Shown here: positions 7,177 to 15,761 of the stretch, piece after piece
How the letters are laid out: every line of letters starts with the position of its first letter
Numbering within the stretch: the stretch's first letter is position 1
NCBI GenBank assembly: GCA_942493095.1
Contig: OW818675.1
Location: 1,650,001 to 1,682,000, forward strand
DNA from: Candidatus Electronema halotolerans
Lineage (GTDB): Bacteria; Desulfobacterota; Desulfobulbia; Desulfobulbales; Desulfobulbaceae
Reading direction: 5' to 3'
Length of the DNA stretch: 32,000 nucleotides
Program-made: the position numbers and the translations under genes
Notes under the pieces: model-generated
Told to the model about the DNA's origin: nothing
Database searches by the model: none
What the model saw: only the letters and a program-made list of their open reading frames with translations

Positions 7177-7242
7177 GCACTGGAATTACAACCCCGGAAA
7201 TTATCGGAGAGCCAAATTTTTCGCCCCTACGATTTCGGCTGA

Positions 7243-8313
7243 TCAATCCAGCCCCTTGAGGGCCTCAGTCTGGAAATGGGTGATCAGAGGCAGCACCACC
7301 TCGTCCAGTTCGCCGGACATGACCTGCTCCAGCTTGTAGAGCGTCAGGCCGATGCGATGGTCTGTGACCCGGCCTTGAGGAAAGTTGTAGGTGCGGATGC
7401 GCTCGCTGCGGTCGCCAGTGCCAACCTGTCCTTTGCGCTCGGCGGAAATTTTGTCACTGCGCTCCTGCTCCATTTTGTCCAAGAGACGGGCGCGCAGCAC
7501 TTGCAGGGCCTTGGCCTTGTTCTTGTGCTGCGACTTTTCGTCCTGACAGGTGACGACCAAACCAGTGGGCAGATGCGTGACCCGGACTGCTGAGTCCGTG
7601 GTGTTGACCGACTGACCGCCTGGCCCGGAAGAGCGATAGACATCGAATTTCAGCTCATTGGCGGCAATGTTCAATTCCACTTCCTCGGCTTCCGGCAGGA
7701 TGGCGACCGTGACTGCGGAAGTGTGTATCCGGCCTTGGGTCTCAGTCTCAGGCACCCGCTGGACCCGATGCGCACCAGACTCGTACTTGAGCTTGGAATA
7801 AACCCGATGACCGGAAATCAGGGCGATCAGCTCCTTGAAGCCGCCAATGCCAATGGGATTGGAACTCATGATCTCGGTTTTCCAGCCCTGACTTTCGGCA
7901 AAGCGGGAATACATCCTGAACAGATCACTGACAAACAAAGCCGCCTCATCCCCGCCCGTGCCTGCCCGGATTTCCAAGAAAATGTTCTTGCTGTCATTCG
8001 GGTCAGGCGGCAGGAGGAGGAGCCGGATTTCCCGCTCCAGCTCGGCCTGCCGCTCAGTCAGCCCCTCAATCTCGGCCTTGGCCAGCTCGGCCAGCTCCGG
8101 GTCATCCTCAGCATTACGAATCAGCTCGCGGCTGCCTGCCAAGTCTTGGCCGACCTTGAGATATTTGTCATGCAGACCGCAGAGCTTGGCCACTCGCGCA
8201 TGATCGCGCATCAATGCCTGATACTTTTTTTGATCCTGCATCAAATTCGGTTCAGCAAGCTGCCGCTCCAAGGCGGACATCTTCTCATGAATATCAGCAA
8301 GATTGGCAAGCAT
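7243..8313 (-). CDS. prfA: Peptide chain release factor 1
   Basis: 356 aa. GGQ motif ([16 protein letters not shown]), RF1-type P-x-T anticodon tripeptide ([17 protein letters not shown]). Confidence 0.95.
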   Translation of the reverse strand: MLANLADIHEKMSALERQLAEPNLMQDQKKYQALMRDHARVAKLCGLHDKYLKVGQDLAGSRELIRNAEDDPELAELAKAEIEGLTERQAELEREIRLLLLPPDPNDSKNIFLEIRAGTGGDEAALFVSDLFRMYSRFAESQGWKTEIMSSNPIGIGGFKELIALISGHRVYSKLKYESGAHRVQRVPETETQGRIHTSAVTVAILPEAEEVELNIAANELKFDVYRSSGPGGQSVNTTDSAVRVTHLPTGLVVTCQDEKSQHKNKAKALQVLRARLLDKMEQERSDKISAERKGQVGTGDRSERIRTYNFPQGRVTDHRIGLTLYKLEQVMSGELDEVVLPLITHFQTEALKGLD

Positions 8314-8356
8314 GGCAGCTCAAAGCGAGACAAGGGGGAGAGAGGGAGGCTGCGGC

Positions 8357-8575
8357 TCAAGCCGTTTTCTGCTCGAAATGCTTGGCGTATTTCTTCTTGA
8401 ACTTCTCAATCCGGCCTGCGGTGTCCACTAATTTCTGCTTGCCAGTGAAGAACGGGTGGCAGGCAGAACATATTTCCACGTGCAGCGAGCCATTGACCGA
8501 GCCGGTCTCGATCTCGTTGCCGCAGGCGCAGGTGGCGGTTATCTTCTGATATGTGGGATGGATATCCGGTTTCAT
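8357..8575 (-). CDS. rpmE: 50S ribosomal protein L31
   Basis: 72 aa from the internal ATG at 8575 ([24 protein letters not shown]...[15 protein letters not shown]). Cys pairs typical of the zinc-binding L31 form. The track ORF start at 8641 adds 22 non-conserved residues. Confidence 0.9.
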   Translation of the reverse strand: MKPDIHPTYQKITATCACGNEIETGSVNGSLHVEICSACHPFFTGKQKLVDTAGRIEKFKKKYAKHFEQKTA

Positions 8576-8641
8576 CGTCTCTGACCTCTCAGAAAGACCG
8601 CCATCAATCGGCGGGCAGAATTTATCAGTTGCAAAGAACAT

Positions 8642-8669
8642 ATTATACCTGTTCCGCTGGGGGAAACAA
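8642..8669 (-). promoter_or_regulatory. Candidate sigma70 promoter for rpmE-prfA
   Basis: Minus strand has a perfect TATAAT (8647-8642) with a weak -35 TTGTTT 16 nt upstream. It follows a 6-bp hairpin (AGCGGC/GCCGCT) just after the rho stop. Confidence 0.35.
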
Positions 8670-8702
8670 AGGAAAATATGCAGGCAGCGGCTGAGGGCCG
8701 CT

Positions 8703-9953
8703 TCAGCTGTTCATAGAGGCGAAGAACTCGGCATTGCTCTGGGTGTGCTTGATTTTTTCAAGAAGGAACTCCATCGCGTCTGCCGGATTCATGGAAGAGA
8801 GGAGCTTGCGCAGGATCCACATCCGGTTCAGCTCATCCGCCGAAAGGAGCAGGTCTTCCTTGCGGGTGCCGGATTTCTGAATGTTGATCGAGGGATAGAT
8901 GCGGCGATCCGACATCTTGCGATCCAGAACAATCTCCATGTTGCCAGTGCCTTTGAACTCCTCAAAGATCACGTCATCCATGCGGCTGCCGGTTTCAATC
9001 AGGGCAGTGGCAAGAATGGTCAGGCTGCCGCCCTCCTCAATGTTGCGGGCCGAGCCGAAAAAACGCTTGGGCCGGTGCAGGGCATTGGCCTCCACGCCGC
9101 CGGAAAGAATCTTGCCCGAAGCTGGAGTCACCGTGTTGTAGGCGCGGGCCAGCCGGGTGATGGAGTCCAGCAGGATGACCACGTCCCGGCGGTGCTCGAC
9201 CAGACGGCGGGCCTTTTCAATCACCATTTCCGCCACCTGAATATGCCGCTGCGGCGGCTCGTCAAAGGTGGAGCTGACCACTTCCGCATCCACGCTCCGC
9301 TGCATGTCTGTGACCTCTTCAGGCCGCTCGTCAATCAGCAGGACTATCGGAATGATCTCCTTGTTATTTTTGACAATAGCTCTGGCTATCTGCTGCATGA
9401 GCACGGTCTTGCCAGTCCGGGGCGGGGCCACGATCAGGCCGCGCTGGCCCTTGCCCAAGGGCGAGACAATATTCATGATCCGGGTCGAATAGTTATCCGG
9501 GTCAGATTCGAGATTGATCAGCTCTTGGGGATGCAGCGGCGTGAGATTGACAAACAGCGTTTTGTCGTTTGATCTGTCCGCTGGCTCATAGTTGACATTG
9601 TCAACCTTGAGCAGGGCAAAGTAACGCTCATTCTCCTTGGGCGCCCTGACCTCGCCCTCCACCGTGTCGCCGGTGTTCAGATTGAGCTTCCGAATCTGGG
9701 AGGGAGAAACGTAAATGTCATCCGGCCCTGGCAGATAGTTGTAATCCGGTGCGCGGAGAAAGCCGAAGCCATCCTGAAGCACCTCCAGCACGCCGCTGCC
9801 GCGCAGCTTGCCGTCCTGCTCGGACTGCGCCTTGAGGATGGCGAAAATCAGCTCCTGCTTGCGCATGGAACTGTAGCCCTCGATCCGCAAGTTGGCGGCC
9901 AAGGCGACCAGATCCTTTATTTTTTTGTTTTTCAGCTCAGTAGGATTGATCAT
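8703..9953 (-). CDS. rho: Transcription termination factor Rho
   Basis: 416 aa. Rho N-terminal domain ([37 protein letters not shown]), cold-shock-like RNA-binding region, Walker A (PPRTGKT) and RecA-like ATPase core. Confidence 0.95.
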   Translation of the reverse strand: MINPTELKNKKIKDLVALAANLRIEGYSSMRKQELIFAILKAQSEQDGKLRGSGVLEVLQDGFGFLRAPDYNYLPGPDDIYVSPSQIRKLNLNTGDTVEGEVRAPKENERYFALLKVDNVNYEPADRSNDKTLFVNLTPLHPQELINLESDPDNYSTRIMNIVSPLGKGQRGLIVAPPRTGKTVLMQQIARAIVKNNKEIIPIVLLIDERPEEVTDMQRSVDAEVVSSTFDEPPQRHIQVAEMVIEKARRLVEHRRDVVILLDSITRLARAYNTVTPASGKILSGGVEANALHRPKRFFGSARNIEEGGSLTILATALIETGSRMDDVIFEEFKGTGNMEIVLDRKMSDRRIYPSINIQKSGTRKEDLLLSADELNRMWILRKLLSSMNPADAMEFLLEKIKHTQSNAEFFASMNS

Positions 9954-10343
9954 CAGCGGTTCTCTTTCTCCTCTTGGAACAGGGGCCAGTGTGATTTGGG
10001 TTGGAAAACATCAGGACAGAAGTGCAGCAAAGCACTCCGGCAGGATCATGCTGGAGTCTTGCAGCACACATTTTTTCTGCTGTTGGCAAGCAATGAAATA
10101 ATGAATAAGTCGTGTCATGCCGGAACTGATCCAGCATGACTGCGCAGAATGGGCATGTCAGCAATGCTCCGCCTTAAACGGCAGAGTTTCATTCAATGAA
10201 TTCAGGAGGGGTCTTCTTTGATGACAGCGGCAAAAAAAGAACAGGCCGAGACAGTCGGCAGGATGCAATAAATTTTCAGAATTGGAAAAATGCGGAAAAA
10301 CAGAATTGAGTCTGTTGAATATTATTTGCTGACTGGAATTCTG

Positions 10344-10961
10344 TCAAGATGTTTTGCGGAAAAAAATCTGCCCTTGGGCCAGAATGGCGGCAAGCTGCCG
10401 GAGCTGGCCGCAGGTCTTCTGCCAATAGCCAGAATTATCAACAAGATAATCGGCGAGCCGTTTTTTCTCCTCCAGCGGCATCTGGGCCGCCGCAGCTTGA
10501 CGGGCCTGCTCTTCTGTGACCTGATCGCGCTCCATGATCCGCCGCAAGCGCACTGCCTCGGTCGCATAGACCAGCACAGTCAGGGAAACACTGTCCTGCC
10601 AGCCCGCCTCAAAAAGCAGGGGAATCTCGGCCAGCACCAGCGGCGCGGTCTGCTGCGCGGCTTGGGTCAGCATTTCCTTTTTGGCCAAGGGATGGAGGAT
10701 GTTGTCAATTTGCTGCCGCAGCGCGGAATCAGCAAAGATGGCTTCGCGCAGCTTGGGCCGGTTCAGCTCGCCAGCAGCAGTGAAAAAATTTGCGGGCAAC
10801 AATGTTCGCAAAGCTGCCCAGCCTGCCGCCTGCGGCAGGAGAAGCTTGCGGCAAATCTGATCTGCGTCGAGCAGCGGCCAGCCGCTCAGTTCGGCTAAAT
10901 ACGAGCAGACCCGGCTTTTGCCGGAACCGATGCCGCCAGTGATGCCGATGATCTCAGGCAA
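10344..10961 (-). CDS. coaE: Dephospho-CoA kinase
   Basis: P-loop IIGITGGIGSGKS immediately after a TTG at 10961 that overlaps the upstream gene's stop (TTGCCTGA). The track ORF runs to 11057, but that extension overlaps the rluD-like gene by 104 nt and is not CoaE-like. The start is therefore inferred. Confidence 0.8.
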   Translation of the reverse strand: MPEIIGITGGIGSGKSRVCSYLAELSGWPLLDADQICRKLLLPQAAGWAALRTLLPANFFTAAGELNRPKLREAIFADSALRQQIDNILHPLAKKEMLTQAAQQTAPLVLAEIPLLFEAGWQDSVSLTVLVYATEAVRLRRIMERDQVTEEQARQAAAAQMPLEEKKRLADYLVDNSGYWQKTCGQLRQLAAILAQGQIFFRKTS

Positions 10962-11928
10962 GGCTGTGCCGCTCCCGGAGCAGAGCCAAAGTTGCGGCCA
11001 TGTCTGGCCAGAGCGGGGCGGTGAAGCGGCAGCTTTCGCCAGTGATCGGATGGACAAAGGCTAATTCAGAAGCGTGAAGCAGCTGACGCTCCGCCTGCAC
11101 AGTCCGGCTGGAGCCGCCGTAGAGCGCATCGCCCAGCACTGGTGCGCCGATGGAGGACAAATGCACCCGGATTTGATGGGTGCGCCCGGTCTCAATAGCA
11201 ATTTCCGCCCAGCAGCAGCCATTGGCAAAGCGTTCCCATATCTGCCAGTTGGTCACTGCCGCCCGGCCATCGCGCTGCCGCACCGCCATTTTCTGCCGGT
11301 TGACCGGATGGCGGCCAATGGGCGCGTCAATCCGGCCTTTGTCTGCTGCCGGGCTGCGCAGGAGCAGGGCATGATAGATTTTGCGGATTTGCCGCTCCTT
11401 AAAGGCGGCAGTGAGCAGCCGCTGGGCTGTTTCGGTGCGGGCGGCCAGCATGATGCCGGACGTGTCCTTGTCCAAACGGTGAACAAGGCCGGGCCGGTCA
11501 CTGTCTGCTGCAGCCAGCTCGCTGTAGCGGTGGAGCAGGCCGTTGACCAAGGTGCCGTCCGCATGACCGGCAGCAGGATGGGCCACCAAGCCAGGCGGCT
11601 TGCTGATCACGGCCAAGTGCTGATCTTCAAAAAGAATGTCAAAAGCAACAGGCTGGGGCTGGGGGCGTTCTTCTGCGGCAGGGGCGGATAAAGCAACAGA
11701 GATGCGGTCTTCAGGCCGCAGTTTGCAGCCGGGCTTGACCTGACTGCTGTTGACTAAAACATGGCCGGAGCGGATCAGCCGGTCAAGAGCCGAGCGGCTT
11801 TGTTCCGGCAGCAGGCGGACCAAGCAGTGATCCAGCCGCTGCCCGGCCTCGTGCGACCGCACCTGAAAAAAAAGAAAGTTCTCGACAGCTACTGTCTCAG
11901 GCAAAGAGCTGCTCAAGCTGCTCCTCAA
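10954..11928 (-). CDS. rluD: RluA-family 23S rRNA pseudouridine synthase (RluD-like) with an N-terminal S4 domain
   Basis: 324 aa. S4 region (GQRLDHCLVRLLPEQSRSALDRLIRSGHVLVN), catalytic motif HRLDKDTSG. TTG start with AGGAA 5 nt upstream. Overlaps the carD 3' end by 32 nt. Confidence 0.8.
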   Translation of the reverse strand: MRSSLSSSLPETVAVENFLFFQVRSHEAGQRLDHCLVRLLPEQSRSALDRLIRSGHVLVNSSQVKPGCKLRPEDRISVALSAPAAEERPQPQPVAFDILFEDQHLAVISKPPGLVAHPAAGHADGTLVNGLLHRYSELAAADSDRPGLVHRLDKDTSGIMLAARTETAQRLLTAAFKERQIRKIYHALLLRSPAADKGRIDAPIGRHPVNRQKMAVRQRDGRAAVTNWQIWERFANGCCWAEIAIETGRTHQIRVHLSSIGAPVLGDALYGGSSRTVQAERQLLHASELAFVHPITGESCRFTAPLWPDMAATLALLRERHSLA

Positions 11929-12400
11929 CCGTTTCCTCAGCCACGTCTCCAGCTAAAGAAAGCTCCCGGACCAGCAGGTTTTTAGCTGTGTCCACCATTT
12001 TGCGCTCGCCGTAGGAAAGGTCTTTGTCGCCCTTGAGCACCAGCAAGTCCCGCAGCACTGCCGCCACCTCAAAGACCGAGCCGGTTTTGATCTTGTCCAT
12101 GTAGTCCCGGTAACGGCGGTTCCATGTCTGGGAATTGTGCTTCACCTCCCGGTCCCTGAGAATGTCCTCCACCTTTTTCACCTCTTTTTTCGAGATGATG
12201 GGCCGGAGACCGGCATTTTCACTGGTGGCGGTCGGCACCATGATGGTCATGCCGTTGTCAAAGATTTTCAAGACATAGAAGGACTGGTCAATCCCTCCGA
12301 TCTGCTGCACTTTGATGTTTTCAATCTGGCCGACTCCATAGGAAGGATAAACAGCCATGTCACCTGTGGCGAATCTGATTTTTTCCTTGACTTCGCTCAT
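11897..12400 (-). CDS. carD: CarD/CdnL family RNA-polymerase-binding transcription regulator
   Basis: 167 aa. Typical N-terminal Tudor-like RID (FATGDMAVYPSYGVGQIENIKVQQIGG) and helical C-terminal domain. GGAG RBS 5 nt before the ATG. Confidence 0.85.
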   Translation of the reverse strand: MSEVKEKIRFATGDMAVYPSYGVGQIENIKVQQIGGIDQSFYVLKIFDNGMTIMVPTATSENAGLRPIISKKEVKKVEDILRDREVKHNSQTWNRRYRDYMDKIKTGSVFEVAAVLRDLLVLKGDKDLSYGERKMVDTAKNLLVRELSLAGDVAEETVEEQLEQLFA

Positions 12401-12458
12401 AATAGCTCCGGCTGGCAGACAGTTGTGCAGATAAATGAAAGATCAGCTACAGCTGGAC

Positions 12459-12487
12459 AGGATAGCACATTTCAGCCGTTCTTGCAA
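12459..12487 (-). promoter_or_regulatory. Candidate sigma70 promoter for carD
   Basis: Minus strand: TTGCAA, 17 nt spacer, TATCCT with an extended -10 TGc, preceded by an A/T-rich UP-like tract (AAAATAAATAATAATAAAG). Confidence 0.35.
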
Positions 12488-12538
12488 ATCAAGGAAATTG
12501 ATCTTTATTATTATTTATTTTGATAGCCGGGGCAGCTC

Positions 12539-13135
12539 TCAGGTGCGGCCATTGATCTGGTTCATGCACTGGGCCGCGCCATGACCGATGAACAGCTCGA
12601 CCGCCTCCTCAATCAGCGGCAGGCGGCTGTTGAACAGAGCCAGCTCCTCCTCACTGAAGGCGGAGAGCACGTAGCGTTCAACCGGCATTCCCTGCCCTTG
12701 CTCATTGCGCGGCGGACGGCCTATGCCGATTTTCAGGCGGGCGAAATTCTGCCCGCCCAGATGCTGGATCAGAGAACGGATGCCATTATGCCCCCCTGCC
12801 CCGCCTTTGGCCGCAACCTTGATTTTTCCCGGCTGCAAATCAAGATCATCATGGATAACCAGGATTCTCTCCGGGCAGAGACGGTGAAAAGTGGCAAAGC
12901 GGCTCACGCACTCACCGGAGCGGTTCATGAAGGTCTGTGGCTTGAGGAGTAGCACCCGCTGTCCGGCCAGCAGACCGCTGCCATGCAAGCCCTGCCATTT
13001 TGCCGCAGTCAGGCTCCAGCCCTGCTGATCAGCAAAATACTCCACGGCGAGAAAACCGGCATTGTGACGGGTCAGCTCATACTGCTGGCCGGGATTGCCT
13101 AAGCCGACAATCAGGCAGGGTGAATCAGTCTCCAT
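12539..13135 (-). CDS. pth: Peptidyl-tRNA hydrolase
   Basis: 198 aa from the ATG at 13135 (METDSPCLIVGLGNPGQQYELTRHNAGF...). The track ORF start at 13219 adds 28 non-conserved residues. The start choice is inferred. Confidence 0.88.
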   Translation of the reverse strand: METDSPCLIVGLGNPGQQYELTRHNAGFLAVEYFADQQGWSLTAAKWQGLHGSGLLAGQRVLLLKPQTFMNRSGECVSRFATFHRLCPERILVIHDDLDLQPGKIKVAAKGGAGGHNGIRSLIQHLGGQNFARLKIGIGRPPRNEQGQGMPVERYVLSAFSEEELALFNSRLPLIEEAVELFIGHGAAQCMNQINGRT

Positions 13136-13243
13136 GCGTCCAGATATGCTTGAGGTTTGAACAACTGCTGAACCCTGCATCATAATCGCGCTGCTGCAAA
13201 ACTGCAAGCATTCCTGCATGGCGGCTTGTGACGATATGGAAGG

Positions 13244-14344
13244 TCAATTCATGCCAGCCAGCGCGGAATACGCCTGCCGCAGTTCCGCCAGAATGTTATC
13301 AGCATCTAAATGCTGCTGGTAATAGGCTTTGGCCTTGGCCGCCTGCGCCGTTCGGAGCTGCGCATCCTTGCTCAGACGTTCCGCCTGCGCCCACATCTCT
13401 GCCGGACTGTTCACCTCCAGCCACGCCCCTTCACTCGGCGGCAGGCCGCGCATTGCTCCGTTGCGGGCAACAATGGCCCGGCCCGCTGCCAGTGCCTCCA
13501 CCACCTTGATCTGCACTCCCATGCCCAAGGCAGTAGGCAGTAGGATGATGCCGCATTCCTGATAGGGCTGATTGTTGTCAACATACCTTGTCACCTTCAG
13601 CACATCAGGCCATAGGGCAAATTGCGACAGCGCGCCATAGACCGTAAAGGGCAGGGGCTGAGGCATGGCTGCCTGTCCCAGCCAGCGCAGCCCTTCCTGA
13701 TTGAAGAAATTGGCTGAACCAGTCAGGCCGACCCTATCTGTTAGAGGAAAATCAGAAGGCTGGGCCAGCGGAGGACTCCAGAGAATATTATTTACGCCAC
13801 GGCGGCGGAGTTGGATTTCCTCATCTTTGGAAATCACCACAATCAAATCAGCCTTGCGCAGGTCTTCGGTCTCGCAGCGGCTTCCCCCCCACATTTGGTT
13901 TGACCATAAATCAAGCAGCACAAGCACTTTGGGACAGGCAGTCGGCAGCCATGTCCAGTAACTATAGTTGATCACGGCCAGATCAGCATCACGGCTGCAT
14001 TCGAGCAGGAAGTCGGGCGGAAAGGCGTGCCGATGGTAAGGATTGGCATGACCAAAAGCCCGCTCCAGCTTTAAACCCTTGCAAACAGCACCATAAGCCA
14101 ATCCGGCCCATTGCCGCCAGTTACGGGAAGAATACAACTCCTCGCGCAGCCGCACAGCAAAACCGCGCTCCTCAATCTGCTTTTTCATCTCAGCAGTCCA
14201 GCCCATGCCTGCGGGCCGGGTCGCAGCGGAAGCAATGGTGCATTCGCCCATCGTTTGCAGCAGGTCAAGATGCTTCCACATTTCCACCTTGCCGCCAGTG
14301 TCGCTTGGCAGCGGGCAGTAGGGGGTGAGAACAACGGATTTCAT
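13244..14344 (-). CDS. Glycosyltransferase (GT-B fold, GT1/GT4-like)
   Basis: About 366 aa from the ATG at 14344 (MKSVVLTPYCPLPSDTGGK), which overlaps the upstream gene's stop as ATGA. C-terminal nucleotide-sugar binding-like segment GMGVQIKVVEALAAGRAIVA. Confidence 0.7.
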   Translation of the reverse strand: MKSVVLTPYCPLPSDTGGKVEMWKHLDLLQTMGECTIASAATRPAGMGWTAEMKKQIEERGFAVRLREELYSSRNWRQWAGLAYGAVCKGLKLERAFGHANPYHRHAFPPDFLLECSRDADLAVINYSYWTWLPTACPKVLVLLDLWSNQMWGGSRCETEDLRKADLIVVISKDEEIQLRRRGVNNILWSPPLAQPSDFPLTDRVGLTGSANFFNQEGLRWLGQAAMPQPLPFTVYGALSQFALWPDVLKVTRYVDNNQPYQECGIILLPTALGMGVQIKVVEALAAGRAIVARNGAMRGLPPSEGAWLEVNSPAEMWAQAERLSKDAQLRTAQAAKAKAYYQQHLDADNILAELRQAYSALAGMN

Positions 14345-15510
14345 TTCTTTTGCTCCAAACAATGGAAGACCGCCGTGCAGAAGCCAGCGCGGAAAGTTTC
14401 TGTGTCCATGCCGTCAACAATCTGCCGGTTGCGGACAATATGTTTTTGTTGATCATGGGTCAGCATTTTCTGCAAGCAGTGAATCATTGCTCTGCCGTCA
14501 TCCACAGGAAAGAGCCAGTCCTTGGGCAGCAGCTCGGCCATGCCATCAAGATCACTGGCCAAAACCGGCAGACCCCAGCGCATGGCCTCCAGCATGACCA
14601 CGGGCACGCCCTCAAAGCGGGAGGGCAGCAGGACGGCATCCAAGCGTTGATACCATACTGCTGTATCATCGACCCAACCAGCAAAGCTGACCAGTTCGCG
14701 CAGGCGCAGGGCATCAACAAGCTGCTCCACTCGCGCCCGGTCTGGGCCATCGCCAATAATATGGACATGCAGGGGCGGCAGTTCCTCTTTGTGTCGGGCC
14801 AAGTGCTGGAAGAAGAAGTCGTGCCGCTTCTGCTGCAACTCTATTCTGCCGATCAGGGCGAGGTGCTTTGGCTCGCTCTCCGGTTTCTGGGGCAAGGCCA
14901 GCGGCTGGCTGCGGTCAAAATCCAAGCCGAAATACTGGACAAAGATGCGCTCGTTCGGCACCTTGTGCAGCTCATGCAACTGCGCCTTGGCGGTCTTGCA
15001 GATGGTGAAGAAGTAATCCGGCAGGGCGTAGAGCCTGCAATAGAGCCACTCTTGCAGGCGCACAGACAGGCTGTTCTGGCCGCGCACCAGAGCCACTGGA
15101 TGGGCCATTGGCAGGAAGCTCATCAGCGGGAGGCCAGCAGCGCGGGCCGCACCAAGGCCGCAGGCAGACAAGGCAATTGCTCCCTGCGAGACAATGACCA
15201 GCTCCGGCTGCAAGCGCAGCAGTTCCTGCCGCAGCCGCCTGACCTTTGGACTCTGGCCCAGCACCCGGAAGACATCGCCCGGCTCGGTCTGGAAATCATG
15301 CGGAATGATCGTCACCCGCCCTGCCAGTTCCTTGCCTTGGATGAGGCTGAGGAGCCGCTGATTGCGCTGCGGCAGGAGCAGGAACACGGCCAGTTCTGCC
15401 GCCTGCGCCAGGCCGCGCACCGCTTCCAGCAGCGTGACCTCGTGGCCGCCAAAGCTGGTGGAGTCTAAGTAAATCAGGACTCGGTGCTTGTCTGTATCAA
15501 GAGAACGCAT
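14341..15510 (-). CDS. Glycosyltransferase family 4-like
   Basis: 389 aa. N-terminus VLIYLDSTSFGGHEVTLLE and C-terminus LLPSRFEGVPVVMLEAMRWGLPVLASD, the EX7E-type motif region of retaining GT4 enzymes. Confidence 0.75.
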   Translation of the reverse strand: MRSLDTDKHRVLIYLDSTSFGGHEVTLLEAVRGLAQAAELAVFLLLPQRNQRLLSLIQGKELAGRVTIIPHDFQTEPGDVFRVLGQSPKVRRLRQELLRLQPELVIVSQGAIALSACGLGAARAAGLPLMSFLPMAHPVALVRGQNSLSVRLQEWLYCRLYALPDYFFTICKTAKAQLHELHKVPNERIFVQYFGLDFDRSQPLALPQKPESEPKHLALIGRIELQQKRHDFFFQHLARHKEELPPLHVHIIGDGPDRARVEQLVDALRLRELVSFAGWVDDTAVWYQRLDAVLLPSRFEGVPVVMLEAMRWGLPVLASDLDGMAELLPKDWLFPVDDGRAMIHCLQKMLTHDQQKHIVRNRQIVDGMDTETFRAGFCTAVFHCLEQKK

Positions 15511-15565
15511 GTTTTTCTGTTATGTTTAGCCTTGCCGCGCTGCTTGCACTCCAGTGCGACGAACG

Positions 15566-15675
15566 GTTGCACGAGAGTGCAATGGTCAGTTGCACGAGAG
15601 TACAATGGTCAGTTGCACGAGAGTACAATGGTCAGTTGCACGAGAGTACAATGGTCAGTTGCACGAGAGTGCAAT
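15566..15675. repeat. Head-to-tail array of a 23-bp unit GTTGCACGAGAGTRCAATGGTCA (4 full copies plus 18 nt of a fifth)
   Basis: Units start at 15566, 15589, 15612, 15635 and 15658. Each contains the dyad TTGCAC-GAGA-GTGCAA, perfect in the first and last copies and GTACAA in the middle three. The array is bracketed by direct copies of TTGCACTCCAGT at 15544-15555 and 15682-15693. Confidence 0.9.
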
Positions 15676-15727
15676 AAAAGTTTGCACTCCAGTATAATCG
15701 GCAGGGGCACTTTGGTTCAGCGCGGCA

Positions 15728-15761
15728 GGCGTAGGGACAATTCATGAATTGTCCCTACGCC
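15728..15761. repeat. Perfect 34-bp palindrome GGCGTAGGGACAATTCA|TGAATTGTCCCTACGCC (candidate terminator hairpin or protein-binding site)
   Basis: Self-complementary over all 34 nt. The TGA stop of the STAND gene (15742-15744) sits at its centre. No U-tract on either side. Confidence 0.6.

Noticed and set aside
10962-11057. N-terminal extension of coaE in the track ORF (start 11057)
   Set aside because: The extension overlaps the 3' end of the rluD-like gene by about 100 nt in another frame and encodes non-CoaE sequence. CoaE proteins start a few residues before the GxxGxGKS loop, which fits the TTG at 10961.
14350-15468. 372-aa plus-strand ORF antisense to the glycosyltransferase gene
   Set aside because: It lies entirely inside, and opposite to, a gene with clear GT4 motifs. 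Its translation is Gln/Ala/Leu/Gly-rich shadow sequence with no motifs or RBS, a typical GC-rich antisense ORF. The same reasoning applies to 15811-16959(+), 16251-16817(+), 8553-9572(+), 7723-8400(+), 10290-10898(+), 11074-11691(+), 1650-2180(+), 5018-5548(+), 5639-6100(+) and 28979-29869(+).
15566-15675. Tandem 23-bp repeats considered as a CRISPR array
   Set aside because: The units are directly abutting with no spacers, the unit is shorter than CRISPR repeats, and no cas genes are nearby. The track ORF 15484-15747(+), with its repetitive peptide (TRVQWSVARE...), is just the translation of this array.
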